Source: Octopus vulgaris (Eukaryota). From it: DNA of 64,000 bases. Positions 55,301 to 64,000 of this stretch are shown here, piece by piece. Every line of letters begins with the position of its first letter. The first letter of the stretch is position 1. The DNA is taken from the NCBI GenBank assembly GCA_951406725.2, contig OX597818.1, positions 75,020,001 to 75,084,000 of the forward strand, read 5' to 3'. The notes below the pieces were generated by a model. The model searched no databases, was not told the origin of the DNA, and saw only the letters and a list, made by a program, of their open reading frames with translations. The translations under genes were made by a program, and so were the position numbers.

Positions 55301-55699
55301 CTCATCGATTCGATGATACTTATAGTTTTCATTATATACATAATATTTGTATGTACGCATGTATGTATACATTCCTACGTGTATGTATGTATATGTATAT
55401 ATATATATAGATATATATATATATATATCGGAAAAATCCGAAACCGGTACTGCATTATCCGCTATCTAGGTTTTTCATTTTTCAGATGTTCTTCCTAGAG
55501 GTAAGACAATTTTCTTCATGTTTGTTGCACACACGCATCTTTACTAGTACATACACAGTGAAGCTATACATTAGCGTCGTATTTATTACGTTCGCTATTT
55601 CCAGTAAATATCGGTACTTCGTTGTACCATTTATTTACTTTTATGTATATATATATATATATATATATATGTCATTATACAGTTATATTTCAAATGTCT

Positions 55700-56130
55700 T
55701 GCCAATAGATAAAGAGCCGGTTTTTAACCTAGGTCGAAGGCTCCTTCATTAGAATTTCAACAACATTCACAGGGTATTTTTGTCTGTCTGTATGTATGTA
55801 TATGTGTAGATTTGTATGTTTTGTTTTATGCATGGTTTCTCATGCATATAATTGCATGTCTAGGCATGCACGTATATACTTAAATGATAACTTCAGGACA
55901 GTCGTACAGATTTTTAGTTCCAGTGATGGCTTGGATCTGTAGTCTTCGAATTAGCTTTCTCTTCTCTGGTTTTGAGAAGCCTAATTTCTTAAGATTGGTA
56001 TTTAGGCAATGTGTTATATATCCCAGTGTCCCAATAATTACAGGATTGAACCTGAACTTGTAATCTGGATAGAGTAACTGCAAATTTCTCTATAGTTCAG
56101 CATAGGTGTTCTCTTTTTCACTGATCTTTA
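55700..56130 (-). mobile_element. R4-like RLE LINE 3' end
   Basis: LQLLYPDYKFRFNPVIIGTLGYITHCLNTNLKKLGFS..LIRRLQIQAITGT plus 3'UTR. Confidence 0.8.
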
Positions 56131-56189
56131 GATTTATATATGTATGTATATATATTTGTATGCATTCATCTATTTATCTACCTATCTAT

Positions 56190-56378
56190 TCTTTTCTTTT
56201 CTTTTACTTGTTTCAGTCATTTAACAGCGGCCATGTTGGAGCACCGCCTTTAGTTGGAGAAATCAACCGCAGGAATTATTCTTTGTAGACCTAACCTCTT
56301 TAGCCAAGCTGCTAAGTTACGGGGATATAAACACACCAATTACGGTTGTCAAGCAATTGTTGGGGGCAAAAACAGACA

Positions 56379-56448
<70 letters not shown>

Positions 56449-56465
56449 TAGATAGATAGATATAG

Positions 56466-56522
<57 letters not shown>

Positions 56523-56686
56523 CGCTGGTCTTCTTTTAGTTACCGTCTACCACATCCACTCACAAGGATTTGGTCGACTCGAGGCTATAGTAGAAGACAC
56601 TTGCCCAAGTTGCCCCACAGTGGGTCGGAACCTGGAACTATGAGGTCTGGAAGCAAGCTTCTTACCACACAGCAACGACTGCGCCT
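56190..56686 (-). mobile_element. SINE family B with expanded internal microsatellite
   Basis: Tail at 56190-56375, (CA)(TA)(GA)n in the middle, head at 56520-56686. Confidence 0.88.
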
Positions 56687-56771
56687 GTATGTATGTATGT
56701 ATGTATGTATGTATGTATGTATGTATGCATGTATGCATGTATGTATGTATGTGTGTATGTATGTATGTATG

Positions 56772-56805
<34 letters not shown>

Positions 56806-58471
56806 TGTATGTATGTATGTATGTATGTATGTATGTATGTATGTATGTGTGTATGATTCTATACACGTACCAAATTGTATTCACGTAAAGATGTTAGGTC
56901 GCAGTTCCTGAGCACACTCTGGCCTTAAAACACAGGCATTAATATGAATTGTTAAACAAATGACTTTTTCAAATTCCAATCGCAAACATGTTATTTATAA
57001 GAGATTTTTCACTTTATTCCTGAAACTATATTGTTTCAGATATATAATGTGCAGAATGTAGCCACAGTTTTCCTGTTGGTTTCCATTAACATCAAACTCA
57101 CTGCAGAGTTAAAGTAAATTCTGTATATCATATATATATATATTTCAGGAGAGAACGCCATATAATTATCTAATTAATCAAAACACAAACTGTAAAATTT
57201 GGTTAACTTCCAAGGATTTATTTATATTGTCTCTATGCGAATTTTTAAAATGTTCGTTTCTTTTTGTCACTTATATAATTAAATGGCCATTTTCTGATAT
57301 TTTTTGTTTTGCTTTTGTATTTTCCTTTCATTTTCATGTTTAGAATTCAATATCTTTCTTGTAATTAGAGTAATCTGCCACTGAAACGTTTCTGATTGTA
57401 CCAAACCATACTAAAAACGATTCCGATTCAAAATATCTTCTATATGTAACTTACGCAGGTATATCGAGAACGTCTCCAATGTATTCCATTTGTAATGTAT
57501 ACAGTTATATATTTCAAAGCCAATCAGATGTATAAAATACCCATGAATTTTTGTATTACTAGCCTAATACCTGGTCTACAGATGAATAAAACTAAATGTG
57601 AACAGAAGTCTTTCACTAAGATATATTAACATTACATGACAACTTTATTGTATCAAAACACAAATTAGGAATATTTTCAAAGAAAATGTTTTGAATTTAA
57701 TTTAAGAACTGTATTTTTTGCAATTCATGTTAAAGGCCAAAATATTTTACTAGTTTGCTTCATATTGCATTTGTTATCGTCTATTACAGAAAGCTAAAAT
57801 GCCGGGTAGAAAACTTTTCATAGACTAAAAAATAGAGGAAATGAATGTAAAAAATATTAGTAATGTACTACTTTCTAATAGCACATTAGATGTAAGGTCA
57901 TAAAATATCTAATTTGATTGAAACAGAACAAATATGATGGATTAATGTGAGTTGAATCTTCTCTCGGTAAATACGAAACATTGCCGTTTCAATAGTTGTT
58001 TGCTTGTGATTTTTATGATATATTTAGTAACGTATGCATTTGAAGAGTCATGCCACACAAGTTAAACAATATTTAATATAATTAATTTATTTGTGGAAAA
58101 AATAAACAAAATATTTGCGTTGATGGGACTGTCGCTGTAGAGGAGGTAGAAGTTGCCGGTTCTGTTGAATGAATAAAAAATACGAAACTTGAATGTAACC
58201 ACCGTTGCTTTCTTCATCAATGTCTGTCATAGAATTGTATGCTTTAACACCTAAAATTAAAAGTAAAAAATGCCGGAAAACTTGTGAATTTTATTAAATC
58301 AATACCTCTAATTTCCGAAAATTCATTTTATATTAAAATATAGGAAACCTACATGCAACTGGTTATCGCACGGAAAACAGTAGGTGAGATTTTCGAATTG
58401 CATGACGAAATTGAGTTACTTCAATCTGAGCCAAAAGATTGGTTCTGGGTGGGGAAATGTTATGTTTCTCT

Positions 58472-58532
<61 letters not shown>

Positions 58533-58877
58533 GCTTTACTTGAATGTATCTATTCTTGTGATGTAGAGTACCAACGTAGCATGCTTGAAAGTCCAATGTT
58601 TGATGAATGCCGAAGTGTGACCTAAAACTATAACGAGAATGGTGAGTTTGGTTGTTTTAAACGGCTAAGGACAGACTTTTAAAATTCCTTCGTTTATCAG
58701 TGAGCATTTCTCCAAATTATAAATACAACCAATTTAGTTTTGCAACATTTATCTGTGATGTGTAGGCCAAAAAAGGAATAATAATTATTTTCAGATAACT
58801 TTTTAAGAAAATGTTTCCCAATCAAAGGGCATGCATGAAAAGATTACCCTAACACAATGTTATAAAGTGGCTGCATA

Positions 58878-59299
58878 CTCTCTTTTTACTCTTTTACTCT
58901 TTTATTTGTTTCAGTCATTTTACTGCGGCCATGCTGGAGCACCGCCTTTAGTCGAGCAAATCGACCCCAGAACTTATTCTTTGTAAGCCTAGTACTTATT
59001 CTATTGGTCACTTTTACTGAACCGCTAAGTTACGGGGACGTAAACACACCAGCATCGGTTGTCAAGCTATGTTGGGGGGGACAAACACATATACATACAT
59101 ATACATATATACGACGGGCTTCTTTCAATTTCCGTCTACCAAATCCACTCACAAGGCTTTGGTCAGCCCGAGGCTATAGTAGAAGACGCTTGCCCAAGGC
59201 GCCACGCAGTGGGACTGAACCCGGAACTATGTGGTTGGTAAGCAAGCTTCTTACCACACAGACATTCCTGAGACTTACTTACCACACAGCCACTCCTGT
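58878..59299 (-). mobile_element. SINE family B, full length
   Basis: Closely matches 28772-29180. Confidence 0.92.
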
Positions 59300-59854
59300 A
59301 TGCAATATTTTAAAACTTAACATCAGAGTATTTTAAAAGCGGTGAAATACAACTCCATATTTCCGCTCCCCCTTTACACAAAATTGATAGTTACATGTGT
59401 GTGTGTGTTTATCCAAATGGTGAATGTTCATTAAATCTCAGCAGAGAATTTTCACGCGCGCGCAAACCCACTCACGACACGTACACACGCTTTGTTGCGT
59501 GTTGCTCATTTCATTCTCATCTGGTTAAGATTTCATATAAACTCTTCGGATAATCGGATACAGTTTTCCAGCTTTATTTTAGCACAATGATTGTTCACTG
59601 CAAATCGTGTGAATTAACCGATACCCGTGGGGGGCTTTCTAAGTCAAAGTACAAGGTTTATACTCAAACTGAATTTATACTCACACACCTTTATATATAT
59701 ACATATAATATATACAGTATATACACACCTTTATATATATATACATATAATATAAACAGTAATATTTCATAAGCTTATAAGCGTTCACCGTGCAATGACT
59801 ATAGAAAATAGTCTCATAATGGGGTATATAAACCCGCGACGAAAAAGTATGTTT

Positions 59855-59930
59855 TCCAGTACGTGTGGGACTCGAACCCACATCTCTTTGTTTTCGTGAC
59901 AAGTGTGTTAGCCGATTACTACAACGTACA
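59855..59930 (-). pseudogene. tRNA-like sequence (part of an inverted pair)
   Basis: Perfect T-arm gtggg-ttcgagt-cccac, acceptor-like gtacgt/acgtac, stem ttgt-cacgaaa-acaa; D-arm defective, no U33. Confidence 0.55.
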
Positions 59931-60810
59931 ACCATGCTAGGTTTTTCCGTAGCCGTATTGTTATTTACAGAAATGTAAAAATCGACGCTGTTTAACAAAA
60001 ACCATCGCAGAAAAAGCACACGGAAGTTTGTTTACAAAACAATACTATGAACGAATTATAGTTCTTAAATCTGATGGCTAGCAATTGGCTAGCATACTTG
60101 TCGCGAAAACATAGAGATGTGCATTCCCATGCGCACGGGAAAACGTACATTTTTTTCCGCCGAGCGCTTACATGCCCGTTTAGTAGACTATTTTCTTTAG
60201 TCACTGCACAATGACCGTTTATCAATAATATTAATACGCTAACTTTTTTCTTGTACCAAGTAATGGAAGAAAGCATTAAAAACAATTAAATTCATAGAGC
60301 TGAACAAAATTAAAAAATATTTATTCTATTTTTACCCTTTAAGAGCATACTAACAAGAGAGATTTGGCCGTTGTCTTTACAACACTCAACAGCCACAGAG
60401 TTGTTCAATAGACTCATTTGTTGATGTGCATGAGTAAGAAAAAACTAAAAGACACATGCATACATATATGAATGTATGTGTGTGTGCGATAATAAGTGTC
60501 GCGTGGTGGAAATAAACACAACTTTCTCTTTCTATATTTTTTGTTAACTTAGAATTTCTCAGTTGGTTAGGATTTTTGCAAGTACATTTTTCTTGTATCA
60601 AGCAATTGACGAAAACATTAAAAAACTTAAATTCATAGAGCCGAACAAAATCAAAAATATTAATTCTATTTTGTCGAGTATGCCAGAAATATTTTCACAT
60701 TTTAAACAAAAACTGTCTATGACATACATATATGTTTTTCAACTGAAACACTCTGAATCATTTTGGAGATTTATTGTTTTAATAACAAGTTTTAAAATAT
60801 TGATAATCGC

Positions 60811-61130
60811 ATGAGGGACACAGCACGAGAGCGTCAGTGTAGACGAAGAGAACGGCTGCGCAAGGAACAGAGGGTGGAAATAATGAATCAAAATCGCGCG
60901 AGGGTGAGAAAGAGAGGAAACGAAATAAGTCAAGAGGAGTGGGAGCGTATCCTACGGCGTAGGAGGGAAAGAATCAGCAAAAGGTAGAACAAATGAGCCA
61001 GGACTAAAGAGAAGTGTATTTTCAAAATAAAAGAGATAGATATCAACAGAATCGAGAATGCATGAGTCAAGAGCAAAGGCAACTGTACTTAGAAAATATT
61101 AGAAACAGAGTTGCATCTCTCTCGGCATAC
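60811..61130 (+). pseudogene. STPR-like charged-repeat coding relic (Helitron N-terminal type)
   Basis: MRDTARERQCRRRERLRKEQRVEIMNQNRARVRKRGNEISQEEWERILRRRRER / MSQD*REVYFQNKRDRYQQNRECMSQEQRQLYLENIRNR; ~23-aa periodic SQE..R units. Confidence 0.5.
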
Positions 61131-61374
61131 CAACACACCACAATCGCACCAGCCAGCATCCCCACCACCTCCAAACCGGTCATATTTATATATGAGTGTG
61201 TTTGTGTGCGTCTGTGCGTGTATGTGTGTGTATGTATATATACACACACATATATATATATATGTATATATATATATGTATATATATATATATGTATATG
61301 TATATATGTATATGTATATATATGTGTATATATATATACATATATGTGTATGTATATATTTATGTGTGCATGAT

Positions 61375-61598
61375 TGTGTGTGTCTGTTTGTCCCCCACAC
61401 TACCACCACCACCATTGCTTGACAACCGACGTTGGTGTGTTTGCGTCCCTGTAACTTAGCTTTTCAGCAGAAGAGACTGATAGAATAGACACTAGGCTCG
61501 CAGGGAATAAGTCCAGAGGTCAATTTCTTCGAATAAAGGGTGGTGCTCCAGCATGACCACCGTCAAATGACTGAAACAAGTAAAAAAGAATAAAAGAT
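61375..61598 (+). mobile_element. SINE family B, 3' half
   Basis: tttgtcccccac..gcttgacaaccga..gtgctccagcatg..caaatgactgaaacaagtaaaa. Confidence 0.85.
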
Positions 61599-61907
61599 TA
61601 CCAGAAAAACGTTCCGAACCTCTAAATCAAGATGGTTCTCTGAATATGTACGATATATTTTAATGCTAAATAGTAATTCTCTTTACATTTGCGTAACTGA
61701 GATATTTTGGTTGGATTATATAGTTATCGGTTTTACACTTCTTTCTATATTCTGCAACTGTCGCAATATGCTTTTCTACTGTAGGTACAACTCCTCAAAT
61801 TTTTGTGGGGAGGGGCCAGTCAACTAGATCGACCCCAGTACGCCACAAAGGATACATAGTTTATGTTTATGTTATTTGGTGTTATGGCTTTCCCATAGTT
61901 CTGTCTT

Positions 61908-62524
61908 CATTGTTTGGTTGTAGGAGGTGACGTGTGGTTGGATTTTGTTTTTGTTGTTGTTGTAGACCTCCTCTGTTGCTGTTTATATTTATTTTTCGAT
62001 CGTTTTGTGCCCTTCAGATGGTGGTGGTTGCATTCTGGGTTCAAGCACATCCTAAGTGACACAGAATTTTGGCACAGTTTCGGATGGAAGAAAGTGCATC
62101 CATTACCTTTTGTGCACCCATATTTTGGATCAGGGCCATGGACTCTGTATTTAGGACAGTCTTTGTGGTGAAGGTGAAGGCAGTTTTTTTTTTTTCGGTT
62201 ATACCATATGGACAGGTGACTTTAACAAGTCTACGGCATAAGATAGGATGGAAAAAGCACAGCGTCCCTTGTTGTTGATGTCGCTGGGTCCAAATATACA
62301 GTTACCTTGAGAATGGTAACGACAGGGTTTTTGACGTGGGCATAGTAGACATTTTTCTATATTGGCAGGCTCATTGGTCAGGGGTCCTATTGTAGTAGTA
62401 GTAGTAGTTGCAGATTGTTATTGTTGTTGCTGTTGTTGCTGAAGTGACTGTGAAACTTGACTTTCAACAGAAGGGCTGCGTGGAATCAGGTCAAATAGTG
62501 GTGCCAAACATTGTGATTCCAATG
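61908..62524 (-). pseudogene. Tandem CCCH zinc-finger coding relic, probably a CR1-group LINE ORF1, two frameshifts
   Basis: CRYHSQGNCIFG..CAFFHPILCRRLVKVTCPYG..CLHLHHKDCPKYRVHGPDPKYGCTKGNGCTFFHPKLCQNSVSLRMCLNPECNHHHLKGTKR; missed by the ORF track. Confidence 0.7.
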
Positions 62525-62526
62525 TA

Positions 62527-64000
62527 CAGTTGCGGCCAAAATGTTCAGAACGGCATTGTTTTCGTCAGAAAATTAAGTATAAGTTTTTATCAAAGTTGTT
62601 TTATATTCTATAATTTTCATAGACAATAAATACGATATTATTTGTTATTGTCTGAGATTTTGGTGTAATTTTAGAGGACAATACAAAAGCTATGGATGAT
62701 TTAGTGATTTACTGCAAAAACCCATGGCGGCCAAAATGATCAGAACGGTTGCGTTTAGTCCGTGTTTTAGTATATTTAACCGGCGAACTCTAATGTTTTG
62801 AATTTGTTTACGTGACGGTTCGTTTACTAAACATTAGTAAGAATATCTGCAGTGTACTTTGTTAATATAATGCCACTTACTCCGTTACCAATTCGTCAGC
62901 AGATTATTAAGCTTCGAAAGAAGGATAATTTAAGTATTGGGTCTATTGCAACGATTGTTAACAAGTCAAAAAGTGTTGTTCACGGTATTCTTAAGGTCTA
63001 CGATGATTGTGGTTCGTGTGAAGCAAGAAAGTCTACAGGTAGGCCAAGAAAACGACCAAGAGATAAGATCGTGCTATGGTAAAATTGGTTAAAAAGGACA
63101 GATTTAAAACTGCTGCTGCTGCTGTTTCTCGGAAAATGAGCATTGTACTGAAGAAAACTTTATCTCGAAAAACTGTGTTTCGTCGTTTAGTTGAACATGG
63201 CCTACAAGCAAGGTCACCTGCAGTGAAGCCACTGATCAGCTCCAAGAATAAAAAGTGTCGTCTTACCTTTGCAACCGAACATGTGTTGTGGTCTCAAGAA
63301 AAATGGCAAATGGTGCATTTCAGGGATGAATTTAAGTTTATGTTATTTGGCTCAGATGGGAAAAGGTATGTTCGTCGAAAAGTAGGTGAAAAATTGTCGC
63401 CTAAATGCCTTAAGACTAGTGTTAAATTCGGTGGAGGAAGTGTCATGGTTTGGGGGATGATATCTGGAGATGGTGTGGGGCCCTTTGGTGAAATTACATG
63501 GAAAGGTAAATGCAGGAGTTTATAAACAACTTGTAAAAGATCATGCCTTGACTGTGCTAAGAAATACAACTAAGCGACCACCCATATTCATGCAGGACAA
63601 TGCCCCATGTCACAAGGCTGAGGTGATAATGAACTTTCTCAAGGCTGAAAAGGTTATTGTTATGGATTGGCCTGCTCAAAACCAAGATCTCAATCCTATT
63701 GAAAATGTGTGGAATATTCTAGGAGACCGTTCGAAAGCCAGAAATCCTAAAACAACTGAGCAATTATGGAATGCCCTTCAGGAAGAATGGAATAAGATCA
63801 CCCAGCAAGAAATTGAAATTTAATTTCCTCATGCAGTCGAAGATATCAAAGTGTGATTGAAGCTAAAGGGCTTCACACTAAATATTAAATAATTCCAGTA
63901 TCCTCTGTCCTTTTTGATTATTTTGTTATATTCAACCGTTCTGATCATTTTGGCCGCCATGGGTTTTGCAGTAAATCACTAAATCATCCATAAGTTTTGT
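62527..64000 (+). mobile_element. Tc1 (DD34E) transposon with long IR-DR terminal repeats; right TIR runs off the window
   Basis: TA|cagttgcggccaaaatgttcagaacgg, inner DR gcggccaaaatgatcagaacgg at ~62727, mirrored at ~63936-64000. Confidence 0.95.
62870..63888 (+). pseudogene. Tc1 transposase, three frameshifts
   Basis: TGRPRK, VHFRDEFKFMLFGSDG, KFGGGSVMVWG, FMQDNAPCH, DWPAQNQDLNPIENVW; frame breaks near 63055, 63480 and 63820. Confidence 0.93.

Noticed and set aside
58200-58621. HKNRY..AY..GGYI resembling a tyrosine-phosphatase motif
   Set aside because: Needs a frameshift across the junction and no other PTP motifs are present

Overview
AT-rich, repeat-saturated animal genomic DNA. The SINE families and the dense (TA)n/(TACA)n/(AGAT)n/(TTA)n microsatellites suggest an octopus genome (inference). 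I can support no intact host protein-coding gene, and most ORF-track entries are microsatellite artefacts. The window is mostly decayed mobile DNA: R4/Dong-like, RTE, L1/Tx1 and CR1/L2 LINE relics, a Helitron retaining both termini, several Tc1/mariner relics (one near-complete IR-DR Tc1 at the right edge), three MITEs and many tRNA-derived SINEs. The main observation is a set of hammerhead-ribozyme (HHR) motifs of the minimal type-I form known from Penelope-like elements (PLEs). Two have canonical cores (28574, 44436) and several are degenerate or have a long loop II. Two more lie in a ~600-bp foldback (38967-39569) and have the C3-G8 core pair swapped to G3-C8 (GUGAACA). All calls were made by eye, and boundaries of degenerate repeats are approximate.
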